Program-made: the position numbers and the translations under genes | Origin: Alphaproteobacteria bacterium | GTDB taxonomy: Bacteria; Pseudomonadota; Alphaproteobacteria; UBA828 | Assembly (NCBI GenBank): GCA_965220745.1 | Contig: CBDCQT010000012.1 | Location: forward strand, 128,001 to 192,000 | Length of the DNA: 64,000 nt | Reading direction: 5' to 3' | The notes under the pieces: generated by a model | Told to the model about the DNA's origin: nothing | Databases searched by the model: none | What the model saw: only the letters and a program-made list of their open reading frames with translations | Shown: piece after piece, positions 52,801-63,937 of the stretch | Layout: every line of letters begins with the position of its first letter | Position numbering within the stretch: position 1 is the stretch's first letter

Positions 52801-54347
52801 TCGCTCGTCGCAAACCCGGCGAATGCAGGAGCTGGTACTCCGATCTTCTCGGCCTCATGGCCGGTCGAGCGCGTGAAGGGCGGATTCATGATGACGAGAT
52901 CGAATCTGCCGTGAGGCAGGGCAACATGCCCGTCGTCGCTTTCGCCTATACCGCGCAGTCGCTGTTGCCCTGTGCCATACAGCGGAAGGATGTCTTGGGC
53001 TGCGATCAGGTCGAGGGCCCCGATCGCAATCGGCCGGTCGGTGGGTTCAGTTTGTTCACCGTAGGGCAGAGTGAAGATCGAAGTATTCTCGAAGGTCACG
53101 CTCGGGTGCGTGCTCGACAACACCGATGCGGTGAGATGCGTGGCCGCCGGCATGATGTCCGCGCCGACAATCGCGCGCTCCATCATCTCGGGGTGGATGA
53201 GCCGGTCGTCTCCCCCGCTTCGCCTGTAGCGGGACAGTGCGGCCTCGTATGCCGCGTTCAACAACGCCCCGGTGCCGCAGGCGAAATCGCCGATCCTAAG
53301 TGCGGCAACCGCGTCGCGGTCCCACCAGTCCACGTCAAGACGCGATACGGCAAGCTCAGCCAGCAAAGCAGCCGAGCTCGGCAAGGTGTAGAAGGTCGCC
53401 AGGAACTTTCGGTCCGTGATCAGGCGCTGAAACATCCGCCCGCAAAGATCGTGCTGGCTGGTTGCGCCGAGCGAAACCAGCTCCGTCGAGACCTCGAATA
53501 GCCGCTCCAGAATGTCTTGGGCCGTGCCGTTGCGGATGGGGCTAAGGATGTCCGAAGCGATCTTGAAGATGGGCCAGTAATTGATGTTGGTGAGAATGTG
53601 ACTCCATACCTTCAGGACTTTGCCTTTGGAGGGGCGCCCGTTGACGCCGCGCATTTGGTCGAGGGTGTCAATTCCGTGGCCGCCCGCGATGGAAGACTGG
53701 AAGGTAAGCGCGTTGGCAAGAATGGCCATTGCCATTCGCGAGGTCTGTTCGCCGTCCTTCTGGTGCAGCTCCTGGGCGATGGCCTCCAGCGTATCCGGCG
53801 CATCGGCGCAGGCGTCGCGCAACTTGCCGGCGGCCTGATGAATTCCCATCTCTAGAACCTGCATGCCGAGAGCGATGCGGTTCTCGGAATGCGCGGCGAG
53901 CTCGATGGACGAGGCGAGATCGTCGACGGTGCCGTCCAGCCATCCGGTCTCCGGCCAGCGCTCAGGGGATTCGGGATCACTCGAGAGAAAACAGAACTCC
54001 AGCCGCGCACTCTCGATTTCCACTTGGAGATCGTTCTGGCGCACGCTGGCCAAGGCAAGCGGAATGCGAACGGCAAGGGCCTGCTCAATGGGATCGCCCG
54101 TGGTCTCCAGGCGCTTGCCGAGGCGTTGCCGGGCGTCTTCCTCGACCTCACTGGCCGGGGTGTATTCGGTCTCGACCACGACCGGGAGACCGCCCGGATG
54201 ACGGACTATGATGTCGGGCTGGAGCCCTGGAACTCCGCTGAATACGCGGGTCTGCTCTACCCCGATTTGGCCCGGCCAGCGTGGATGTTTCCGGCGCAGC
54301 ACCTGCGCCAGTTCCGTGTTGAAGGCGGTCTCAGTAGTCCTCGGCAT
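49827..54347 (-). pseudogene. Type IIG-like nuclease/amino-methyltransferase fusion interrupted by IS1380
   Basis: QPDIIV..VETE, FYTLP, DFACGTG, MNPPF; removing the IS and one CTAA restores a 2901-nt, 966-aa frame. Confidence 0.82.
50688..52303 (-). mobile_element. Complete IS1380-family element (transposase 50841-52181)
   Basis: SSDGG, GYEDADD, LDIDDT, RGDAHY, YCARGQAENLIK; IRs CCCGACTTATTC/CCCGGATTATTC; CTAA duplicated at 50684-50687 and 52304-52307. Confidence 0.95.
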
Positions 54348-54670
54348 GATCCCTGTTTCTCGACCGACCGGGGCGGCGGTCAAGCTGTGAGCTTTATAGC
54401 TCGCCAGTCGGGAATTCAAGGCGGGCAGAAAATAGAGCGGCCACTGGGGTCAAACGTGTCTCACGACCCGTCGAACAGGGGGCGTTTCGACGACAGGCCG
54501 CGTCGCAAGGCTTCAGTTGGTTCGGCTTCGGAGAGGGTAGAAACGAGAAGCGCAGTTGTTTCCGGCAGAGCGACGTGAGCAGCGCGGCACTCACCCGTTG
54601 TCGATCAGCAGCTCGGCGGCGCGCTTGACCGTCTTGGCATTTATGCAATGTGCCGCCGACACGTCCTCGA

Positions 54671-55834
54671 TCACGAAGCCCACGATTCGCCGGTTTCCAT
54701 TGCGGCCTCGACGGCCATTCCTATGCGCTCTGCGGCGGCTTGCAGGTCGCGGTCGCCGACGTGGGCGTATCGCAGGGTCATCACGGGGTCGGCGTGCCCG
54801 AGCATGCGCGCGACGGTGGACAGGGGAACGCCCCGGGCGACCGCCTGGCTGGCAACGGTATGCCTGAGATCGTGCAGGCGGACGTCGTCAAGCCCGGCTT
54901 CCTTCCGCGCCCGGCGCCAGAGGCACAGGGAATGTGAAAGCGGTTTGTCCGGATGCCTCGGGGAGGGGAACACGTAAGGGCTTGTGGTACGCGGCTGGCG
55001 GGCGAGGATGGCCTGCGCGGCCTGGCTCAGCCAGACCCTCCGCGGCCCGGTCTTGGAGTCCGCGAGGTTGAGACGGTCGCCGTCGACCTCCGACCATCGG
55101 AGCTTCAGGACCTCGCCCGCTCGGCAGCCGGTGAGCAGGAGCAACCGGATGACGTCGGCCTGCTGCCGGCGGGAGGGCCGCTCCCCGACCAGCCGGTCGA
55201 GGACGCGGTGAAGCCTCTCGATCTCTTCGGTGGAGAGGAACCGGGTGAGTTTCGGGCGAGGGTTCTTCGTGATGCCCTTGACGGGAGCGGTTCCGGCATG
55301 GCCGGCGGCGAGGGCGGCGTTCATGATCTGGCCGAGGATCTCGAGCGCTTTGTTGGCTCCGCCCGGCGCGGTGCGGCTGTAGGCGTCGAACCACCGCTCG
55401 ACGTCGATCCGCCGGATGACGTCCAGCGGGATGCGGCCGAAGGCGGGGATAAGCTGCCGCTCAAGCACACGATTGGCGAATTGGCAGGACGACGGGGCAC
55501 AGCGGCGGCGGTACGCCGGCAACCACTCATCGAGGACGAAGTCGCGAAACAGGGGAGCGCCGGAACGGCCTTCCGCCGGACACGGAGCGATTCCCAGGCG
55601 GAGCGCTAGGGCTCGCTTCCGGGCGTTCCCGACGGTCATGAGCGCGGCCGGGCCGACGGTCGCCCTGACCGGCTCTCCCTGGACGCGCCCGTGCCAGACG
55701 AAGCTGCGATGCCCGGACGGGCGCACCCGCACGCCGAGGCCGGGTACTTCGGTGTCCCACACCACGTATTCCGTGGTGTGCGGCTTCAACTTGCCGACGC
55801 CCGCGTCGGTCAGCCGGACCCTCCGCCCCTTCAC
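54671..55834 (-). CDS. Tyrosine integrase B with N-terminal arm-binding-like domain
   Basis: VWDTEVPGLGVRV; TGCR, DSKTG, HDLRH, LGH, RYAH all intact; GTG start overlaps the integrase A stop (GTGA). Confidence 0.9.
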   Translation of the reverse strand: MKGRRVRLTDAGVGKLKPHTTEYVVWDTEVPGLGVRVRPSGHRSFVWHGRVQGEPVRATVGPAALMTVGNARKRALALRLGIAPCPAEGRSGAPLFRDFVLDEWLPAYRRRCAPSSCQFANRVLERQLIPAFGRIPLDVIRRIDVERWFDAYSRTAPGGANKALEILGQIMNAALAAGHAGTAPVKGITKNPRPKLTRFLSTEEIERLHRVLDRLVGERPSRRQQADVIRLLLLTGCRAGEVLKLRWSEVDGDRLNLADSKTGPRRVWLSQAAQAILARQPRTTSPYVFPSPRHPDKPLSHSLCLWRRARKEAGLDDVRLHDLRHTVASQAVARGVPLSTVARMLGHADPVMTLRYAHVGDRDLQAAAERIGMAVEAAMETGESWAS

Positions 55835-56958
55835 GCCTGCCTCCCCGACAGGACGGGAGACAGGGTCTCGACCGCTTCGCGAACCGTGGCGTCGGACAGG
55901 TGGGCGTATTTCAGGGTGGTCGACGCGCTCTCGTGACCGAGCAGGCGGCCGACGGTGCGCACGCTCTCGCCGCAGAGCAGCGCCATGCTGGCGTAGGAAT
56001 GTCTCGTGTCGTGCAGGCGGACATCCTGCAGCCCGGCTTCCTCCCTCACGCCGCGCCAGAAGTGATCCAGCCACATCCATGGAGTGCGCCGACCGGCAAC
56101 CGGGAAGACGAATCCGGACGACCGGGGCAGACTGTCGAGGACATCGCGTGCCGCCTCGCACAGCCAGACCGTGCGCGGGCCGACTTTGCTGTCGGGCAGA
56201 TAAAGCCGCCCCTCCCGGTAGGAGCGCCATTGGAGGGTCAGGATCTCCGACTTGCGGCACCCGGTGAGCAGCAGCAGGCGCACGGCGGCTACGTGCAGGG
56301 GGCGGCTGGCCTCGTACCGGCCCAGCACTGCGGCGAGGCGGCGATACTCCTCGGGGGTCAGGAAGCGCTCTGACCGCCCCTGCCGGTAGCGGCGGATGCC
56401 GGCGCAGGGGTTGCTGTTCTCCGGGCGGTATCCCCAGGCCTCGGCCTGCTGCATGATGACCGAGAGGACCGGCGCCGAGCGGTTCGCGGCGGCGGGCGTT
56501 GCGTGGAGCCCGCGGAACCAGGCCCGCACCTCCTGCCGGGTTATCTCTCCGATGGGCCTGCCCGCGAAGAAGGGCAGGATCTGCCGGCGGAGGTAGGCCC
56601 GGTTCACTTCCAGGGTGCGCGGCTTCCAGCGGCGCCCGTAGCGGTCGAAGACCTCCTCGGCGACCGTCTCGAAGAGGGTGCCGCCGGGGTCCGCCGCATC
56701 GGGCTCCCGACCGTCGCGTAGCGCGGCCAGCATTAATCTGGCCCTGGCCCGCGCCTCGGGCTCGGCGATCGTGGCCGCGTCGCCTATGATCTTCCAGACC
56801 CGTTTGCCCCTGTGCTGGCTGTGGATGAAGTAGCGCGTAGAACCGGAGGGCATGACCCGGACGCCGTACCCCTTGAGTTCGGCGTCCCGGACATCGCGCA
56901 CCTTGCGGCGGGGCCGAAGGGCGTCGACCCTGCGTTGGGTGAGTCGGATGATTGGCAT
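55831..56958 (-). CDS. Tyrosine integrase A with N-terminal arm-binding-like domain
   Basis: [12 protein letters not shown]; TGCR, DSKVG, HDTRH, LGH, KYAH all intact. Confidence 0.9.
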   Translation of the reverse strand: MPIIRLTQRRVDALRPRRKVRDVRDAELKGYGVRVMPSGSTRYFIHSQHRGKRVWKIIGDAATIAEPEARARARLMLAALRDGREPDAADPGGTLFETVAEEVFDRYGRRWKPRTLEVNRAYLRRQILPFFAGRPIGEITRQEVRAWFRGLHATPAAANRSAPVLSVIMQQAEAWGYRPENSNPCAGIRRYRQGRSERFLTPEEYRRLAAVLGRYEASRPLHVAAVRLLLLTGCRKSEILTLQWRSYREGRLYLPDSKVGPRTVWLCEAARDVLDSLPRSSGFVFPVAGRRTPWMWLDHFWRGVREEAGLQDVRLHDTRHSYASMALLCGESVRTVGRLLGHESASTTLKYAHLSDATVREAVETLSPVLSGRQA

Positions 56959-57025
56959 GATTGCGTGTCTCCGATCTGTTGCAGCGGGGTGCGGAATCGG
57001 CTTGAATTCCGCGCCCAGTGGCAAT

Positions 57026-57105
57026 AGAAACGGAAGACCATTGCAATCGAATCAGTTACTTAGCACCGAAGGTGCGTGTTTCCGTGTGAAACGGAAACGC
57101 TCTCG
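57026..57105 (-). repeat. Right inverted-repeat end of the element, with IHF consensus and internal palindrome
   Basis: rc CGAGAGCGTTTCCGT...TGCAATGGTCTTCCGTTTCT; AATCAGTTACTTA at 57050-57062; GTTTCCGT-N5-ACGGAAAC at 57078-57098. Confidence 0.7.
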
Positions 57106-57175
57106 CAGGCGGCCATTCCCGCGAAGACAGGACCAGATGGCGACTACTCTCTGGAGCCTCGCACGCCAATCCGGT

Positions 57176-58444
57176 TCAAAAGCCGTAGTCCAGGTTCACT
57201 CCGATGTAGCTGTCGCGCCGCACGTCATACACGACATCGTCCTCGTCGATCCCCACATAGGCGGAGGCCTCCACATGCAAGAACCAGTTCTCCGAAAGGC
57301 GGCGCTTGAATTCAGTGCTTAGAACGCGACTGTTGCCGCTCAGGGATTCCAGAACGCTGACCGTGAATTCGGTACTCTGTTCGTCGTTCAGCCCGAGGCG
57401 CGCGACTAGCAGTATGTCGTTCTCGAACGCGTTGGTCGCCCATCGGCCGCGCCCGTCGCGCGTCCATTCGCCGATCAGGCTCAGATCAGCGTCCGAGTCC
57501 CACACGGCATAGATCGTGTATTCGCCGCCCGCGACGAACGCCGCGTAGTCTTCTTCTTCGTATTTCAGATACTGGTCGAGCCGCCGGTTCTGCAAGCCGG
57601 CGCGGTGTATGGCTTCCAGCTTGAGAAGCCACGGGCCGGTTGTGAGCTGGGTATCCAGGCCGAATTGGGTGATCTGCTCGTAGTATGGCGCCAGAACGAA
57701 TTCGGAGCCGGCCAGCGTCGGCAAGAGAGTGGGCTCGCGGCTGGTACCATCGAACACGCTGAGCCCGACGTCGACCGGCCCGAAGCTGCCGCTGTACCGG
57801 GCCGCGAGATCAAGATGCCACTCTTCCGCTCCGGACTCGTACGAGGTCAAGCCGTGATCCACGACAAGCCCGGGACGCAGGCGACCGCGCTGCCCTGGGA
57901 AGGTGCGCTCGCGGTGCCAGGTCAGCCCGAACAACTCCAGCGCCCCCCAGTCCCCCGACCAGGTGAAATGAACCATAGGCTGGCCCAGTTTGGTCTTCTC
58001 GTCCGGGTGTTCCACCAAGTCGGTCTGATTGACGATATCGACCAGGGACCGCGATTCGACGACACCCCAGAAGACTCGATCGACGCCCAGACGCAGCTCC
58101 CATTCATCCTCGCCAATATCGCCGTACAATAGAACAAAGGCCTCGCGAAGGTCGGCGTGGGTGCGGTCCGGATCCCCGGCGTCGTATCTGTAGAACGGCG
58201 TTACAGTAATGCTTCTGCCTTCGTCGTCCTCCATATAGGCCGTTGCCTCTACGGCGAGGCCGCTCGCATGCGAGCGCTGGCCGGGATGCGTGGAACTCTT
58301 GGGGTACAACCGGGTTTCCATGGAAAGACGCCCGGAAAGCTCGATCTGATCGGTGATCCCGTTGTCGGCGTGCGCTCCAGCCCCGAGCACTGAGAGCAGC
58401 ATCCACAGCGACGCCGCGAGAAGGACGGGGAAGCGCGCAATCAT
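57176..58444 (-). CDS. Outer-membrane beta-barrel protein of MMPL/LolA-like clusters
   Basis: Signal peptide; DLREA, VFWGVVESRSLVDIVNQTD, KLGQPM; C-terminal YGF. Confidence 0.78.
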   Translation of the reverse strand: MIARFPVLLAASLWMLLSVLGAGAHADNGITDQIELSGRLSMETRLYPKSSTHPGQRSHASGLAVEATAYMEDDEGRSITVTPFYRYDAGDPDRTHADLREAFVLLYGDIGEDEWELRLGVDRVFWGVVESRSLVDIVNQTDLVEHPDEKTKLGQPMVHFTWSGDWGALELFGLTWHRERTFPGQRGRLRPGLVVDHGLTSYESGAEEWHLDLAARYSGSFGPVDVGLSVFDGTSREPTLLPTLAGSEFVLAPYYEQITQFGLDTQLTTGPWLLKLEAIHRAGLQNRRLDQYLKYEEEDYAAFVAGGEYTIYAVWDSDADLSLIGEWTRDGRGRWATNAFENDILLVARLGLNDEQSTEFTVSVLESLSGNSRVLSTEFKRRLSENWFLHVEASAYVGIDEDDVVYDVRRDSYIGVNLDYGF

Positions 58445-58530
58445 CGCGGCCCGGTCGGCTCCGGCAGGCGGGGACGATGCGTTCTGGCCGGCCGGCTATG
58501 GATCGAGAGAGTCATGTTGGGCAGACCGGT

Positions 58531-60870
58531 TCAAGCGCTCTCCTCAGGCGCAGTCTTGCTCCTGCGCCACTTCTTTCCCAACCCGTCGAGAAAGATCAGC
58601 AGCGGCGGGAGGAGCAGGAAATCCGCCAGCAGGGCGATGATGACCGTCGTTCCTGCCAGCAGACCGAGCGCCTGGTTGTTGGCCATCCCCGACGCGCCGA
58701 ACACCATGAATCCCAGCGCAAAGAGGACGGTCGTCGCCAACAGGGCCTTGCCCACGGAGCCGAAGGCGGAGCGGACGGACTCCGGCGGCGGCTCTCCGCT
58801 CTTTCGCGCTCTCAGGTACTTGGTCATGAAGTGGATCGTGTCGTCCACAATGATGCCGAAGGCGATGGCGGTAACGACCGAGGCCGAGACTCCGAGCTCT
58901 CCGACCGCGTACCCCCAAAGTCCCATCGCCATGGCGGCAGGAACAAAGTTCGGTATCAGGCTGATCAGGCCGAAGCGCACGCTTCTGAAGATGAAGATCA
59001 GCAGCAACGACACGATAGCCATCGCGATGATGGTGCCGATCAGCATCTTTTCGATGTTTCTCTGAATCGAATGAGCGCCCACGATGGCGATGCCGGTGGC
59101 CGAGGTTTCCAGGCTGGGCGCATTCTGCCCGAGCCAGTCGCGCGCGCGCTCGTCGAGCGCCAGCTTCTCACGGGTGGACAGGGCCTTCAGCACCACCGTG
59201 ACGCGCGTTGCCGAGCGTTCGATATCGATGAGATTGTTCAGATCGAGGCCCACCGGCAGCGAAAATTCGTAAAGCAACAGGTACTGGGCGGCCAGATCGG
59301 AGTCGTCCGGAATGCTGTAGAACGCGGGGTCGTCGCTGTTCAGGTTCTTGTTCAGGCGCTTCATGATGTCGGCGATGCTGAAGACGTGGGCAACCTCCGG
59401 CTGCGTCCGATACCACTCCGCAAACGCGTCGACCTGCTTCAGATACTCCACATCCGTGATGCTGTTCTCCTGCCCGGTGCCGAGCGAGTACTCGAAGGGC
59501 TCCAGGCCCGTGAAATTATCGCTTATGAAATCCGTCGATCGTCGGAACTCGTAGCTTTCGCTAAGAAGCTCGAGGTGATTGTCGTTGAGCTCTATGCGCG
59601 AGATACCGGCCATGAGCGCGACAACGACAACGGCGAACGAGCAAAATACGACCAGGCGCCGGGAAACAACAAAACGCCCGAAACGCTCGATGAAGCGATC
59701 GAAAAGGTCCGTCTTTCCTACGCGCTCGGGCCGGACACGCATGGGCATGAGCGAGAGAAACGCGGGCAGGAGCGTCACCGAGTAGACGAAGGCAATCAGC
59801 GAGCCGAAGGCCACGATGTTGCCCATAACCCGAAACGGCGGCATGTCCGAAAAGTTCAGGCTTAGGAAGCCGATCGCGGTCGTGATCGAGGTGAGAAAGA
59901 CGGGCCAGACGTTGAGTCGCAGGGAATGAATCGCAGCTTCCCTGCGGTCCATCCCCTGGCGCATGCCCGCGAGCATTGCCTCGATTATATGCACGCAATG
60001 GGCGACCGTGATCGCCATCAAGACGAACAGTGCCGCGCCGCTCTCGCCGTAGAGCTTGAGGCCGGCCCAGCCGGCAAAGCCCAGTGCCGACAGGAGAACG
60101 GCAATGATCATCAGGACGATCGTGACCGTTCCCCAGATCGAGCGGAGCATGAGAAAGGCGACGATCAGCATGACGCCGAGCGCGATGGGGCCGAGGATGC
60201 CCATGTCCTCGTCCAACGCGTCGCGCACGGCACGATTGAGGAAAAGCGCGCCGGTCAGGTAATAGCCGGTGGTCGAATACGTTGCGCGCGCTGCGGCGAC
60301 GGTCTCGTTGAGATAGTCGACGACGTCGACCTTGGCCTGCTGTCGGTCCTCGCCGGGAAGCGAAACGCTGATGTGCAGTCCGGCAACGCGACCGTCCCGG
60401 GCAACCAGGCGCCCGGCGACTTCCTCGGTGCCGAGCGCGATCGTCTGAATTCGTTCTATGTCGGCATCGCTCAGGGAAGCGGCGTCGTCGATGAGCGGCT
60501 CGACGATCAGCTCGTCTTCGAGGCCTTCGCTATGCGAGTAGTTGGTGATCGAATCGATGCGGGTGACATAGGGGGTTCGCCAGAGCAGCTCGGTCATCTC
60601 TTCCAGGGCGACCAGCGTTTCCCGCGTGAAAATGGTGCCGTCCTGCGGCGCGACGGCAAGCAGCACGGTGTCGGAGAACGCGTAGGTGTCCTCCATTTCG
60701 TCAAGCGCGACGAGGTTGGGGTCGTCCTTGCTGAAATGATTGCGAAAGTCGACGTCGACATTGACGATGTACTGGGCGCCCGCGACGAGTGCCAGTATGA
60801 CAAGCAGGGAGAGTAAAAGGGTCAGCCATCGCCGACCCATAATGCGCGCTATGCAGGCTTCCAGATTCAT
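58531..60870 (-). CDS. MMPL/RND-family lipid transporter
   Basis: Two-repeat RND topology; TSITTAIGFLSL, GIIVDDTIHF, LLPPLL. Confidence 0.9.
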   Translation of the reverse strand: MNLEACIARIMGRRWLTLLLSLLVILALVAGAQYIVNVDVDFRNHFSKDDPNLVALDEMEDTYAFSDTVLLAVAPQDGTIFTRETLVALEEMTELLWRTPYVTRIDSITNYSHSEGLEDELIVEPLIDDAASLSDADIERIQTIALGTEEVAGRLVARDGRVAGLHISVSLPGEDRQQAKVDVVDYLNETVAAARATYSTTGYYLTGALFLNRAVRDALDEDMGILGPIALGVMLIVAFLMLRSIWGTVTIVLMIIAVLLSALGFAGWAGLKLYGESGAALFVLMAITVAHCVHIIEAMLAGMRQGMDRREAAIHSLRLNVWPVFLTSITTAIGFLSLNFSDMPPFRVMGNIVAFGSLIAFVYSVTLLPAFLSLMPMRVRPERVGKTDLFDRFIERFGRFVVSRRLVVFCSFAVVVVALMAGISRIELNDNHLELLSESYEFRRSTDFISDNFTGLEPFEYSLGTGQENSITDVEYLKQVDAFAEWYRTQPEVAHVFSIADIMKRLNKNLNSDDPAFYSIPDDSDLAAQYLLLYEFSLPVGLDLNNLIDIERSATRVTVVLKALSTREKLALDERARDWLGQNAPSLETSATGIAIVGAHSIQRNIEKMLIGTIIAMAIVSLLLIFIFRSVRFGLISLIPNFVPAAMAMGLWGYAVGELGVSASVVTAIAFGIIVDDTIHFMTKYLRARKSGEPPPESVRSAFGSVGKALLATTVLFALGFMVFGASGMANNQALGLLAGTTVIIALLADFLLLPPLLIFLDGLGKKWRRSKTAPEESA

Positions 60871-61477
60871 GTCGGCATGACGTCTCGCGGGCGGAATTCC
60901 GGTGGCGAATCGCGACTCCAGAGGCACTTCCGCGTTCAGTATCTCAATCCGCGGCCCCCGCGTCCATCATTCTTGCCGTGAAAGGGTCCCGGGGCTGGCA
61001 CGAACGTCTACCCGCCAAGCCCATGTTGCAGGATCGGTCGCGGCACCAGGTCCGGGTCGACGGTACGACCGGTGGACTTCCCCGACGTGGGCCCGAAGAG
61101 TCGTTCCGTCTGGCCGGGCGGCGCGAGGGGTGGGCGGTCAGGCCGCCCCGAGCGACAGCAGAGTGCTGCCCAATCAGGATCCGGCGCTGCCGGCTCTACG
61201 AGCGCACCTCCCGAATCGGTTGAGGCGGCACGTGGGAAGGTGTGCGAAGCCCGAACGGGCAAATGCAGGTCAGCCACACGCTGCCGGGCTGTTGCGATCC
61301 CCAACGCAGGAGCGCGAGTGGAGTGGAAGCGTGACTTCACTAGTGAAATGCAAAGCGCCTTAGAGGTGAGACATATGGTGTCCGCTATTGGCGATACGGT
61401 AAACCTTCGATCCCAGTGGAAGAGAGGCTGGCAGAAAATGCGTTGGCGGTTGGCGGACATCTCAGGAGTGCGCCAAA

Positions 61478-61730
61478 TCAGCCGCGGTTACTGGCCTCAC
61501 CTCCGAGCAATGCCTGCGCAATAACCACGCCGATACGTTCAGCTGCTGCCTCGGTCTCGCGGTCACCAACATGGGCGTACCGCAGTGTCATGCTCGGTCG
61601 CTTGTGGCCAAGCAGGCGCGAGACGACCGGCAACGGAACGCCTTGCAGAATGGCGTGGCTCGCAAACGTATGACGAAGGTCATGAAGGCGCACGTCTTCG
61701 ATCCCGGCTTCCTTGCTTGCCAAGCGCCAG
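61478..61730 (-). pseudogene. 3' remnant of another integrase-B-type tyrosine recombinase
   Basis: EAGIEDVRLHDLRHTFAS..LLGH..MTLRYAHVGDRE..AAAERIG, very similar to the integrase B C-terminus. Confidence 0.82.
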
Positions 61731-61937
61731 GGGGGCCTCGTGTTCCTCGGCGGCGGGGCGCCCAACCTCTATACCTTCGACAAGGCGACGTGCGCTGAGA
61801 TCTGGCGCGGCGCGACGCCGTTTCGAACCCAGGCGAACCCGATGACCTATCGCGCGCGGTCAGACCGGCAGTTCATCGTCATCGCGACTGGCGTCGGAGC
61901 GGCCGCCGCGCTCGTCGCATTCGCGCGACCCAAGTAG
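61730..61937 (+). pseudogene. PQQ-dependent dehydrogenase C-terminal fragment
   Basis: GGLVFLGG..YTFDKAT..EIW..ANPMTY..RQFIVIATG..LVAF. Confidence 0.7.
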
Positions 61938-61949
61938 CCGTCTCCGACG

Positions 61950-62302
61950 AGGTCGCGACGGACCCCTACGCGGCCTATTGCCGGCTGAAGGATAGGGATC
62001 CGGTCCATCGCTTGAGGCTGATCGATGCCTGGGTGCTGACCCGCTACGAGGACGCGGACGCCATGCAGCGGGACCACGAACGCTTCAGCGCCGAGGATCG
62101 CCGGTTCCACGATACCGGGCTGACCACCATGCTGGACATCGACCCGCCGGACCACACGCGGCTGCGCTCGCTGGTCTCCCGGGCGTTCGCGCCGCGCTCT
62201 GTGTCGCACTGGGAGGGCCGCGTGCAGGAGATCGCCGATCGGCTTCTGGGACGCGGTCTCCGGCCACGATCGCATCGACCTGATCGCCGTACTCGGCTAT
62301 CT
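61950..62302 (+). pseudogene. Cytochrome P450 N-terminal fragment
   Basis: DPY..RL..DPVH, WVLTRYED, DPPDHTRLRSLVSRAF; frameshifted and truncated before the heme motif. Confidence 0.78.
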
Positions 62303-62695
62303 GGCGCGGTCCTCCTTGCGCCGTTTCCGGTTGAGGTAGGTTCGGGCGTTTCCATGGAGTGTGCCGTTGATCTGCATGTGCCGCCTCCCGCTGGCCTGTG
62401 AGTGGAAGCGGCGGGGACGCCCTCTCGCCGGACGCGCTCCGCCGCGCCCTGATTCAGGTCGAACTCTCCCTCGCGTCGGCGCGCGGCTGCGGCGGACGGG
62501 GCAACAGTCCCGGCCTCGGACTACGAGGGACTGCAGCGGTCAGGAGTGGTCTGGGGTTTTCTTCGCGGTGGTTACTGGGTGGTTATTTTCCTCGACTGGG
62601 CGTCGGGCACAGACTCGCATCTTCTTCCAACCCATTGACATGACGCGGTTATAGGAAACGGCGGGCGCTACCGTGTTGGTGGTGAGAAATGCGGG

Positions 62696-63775
<1,080 letters not shown>

Positions 63776-63937
63776 GACACTACACCCAGATATACGAGCT
63801 CGACCGCGATGAAGAGAGCCACACCCCAAAATCGGACTTCGCCGGGGGTCAGCCAGCGTCGCCGCGTGTTCCACACCCCGATCAAAAGTATGAACGGCAC
63901 GCAGACCGCAGCGACGGCAACGTGTTCCAACACCGCC

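Larger units (their letters stand above)
10438..57105. mobile_element. ~46.7 kb integrative, probably mobilizable element with tandem tyrosine integrases, a MobF relaxase and inverted-repeat ends
   Basis: CGAGAGCGTTTCCGT at 10438-10452 is the exact reverse complement of 57091-57105; a second block 10501-10520 vs 57026-57045 matches 16/20; backbone genes lie directly inside both ends; exact crossover points unknown. Confidence 0.65.

Noticed and set aside
54671-57046. 791-aa ORF suggesting one giant integrase
   Set aside because: Its first ~400 aa are an Arg/Pro-rich alternative frame over integrase A; integrase B starts at the GTG at 55834
10395-57111. Direct-repeat att core or target duplication for the large element (CGCAGGCG near both ends)
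   Set aside because: Only 8 bp, GC-rich and asymmetrically placed; no convincing duplication or tRNA target was found, so the exact boundaries stay open
60930-61470. Possible ncRNA or small gene upstream of the MMPL gene
   Set aside because: No recognisable RNA family, convincing RBS or protein motif
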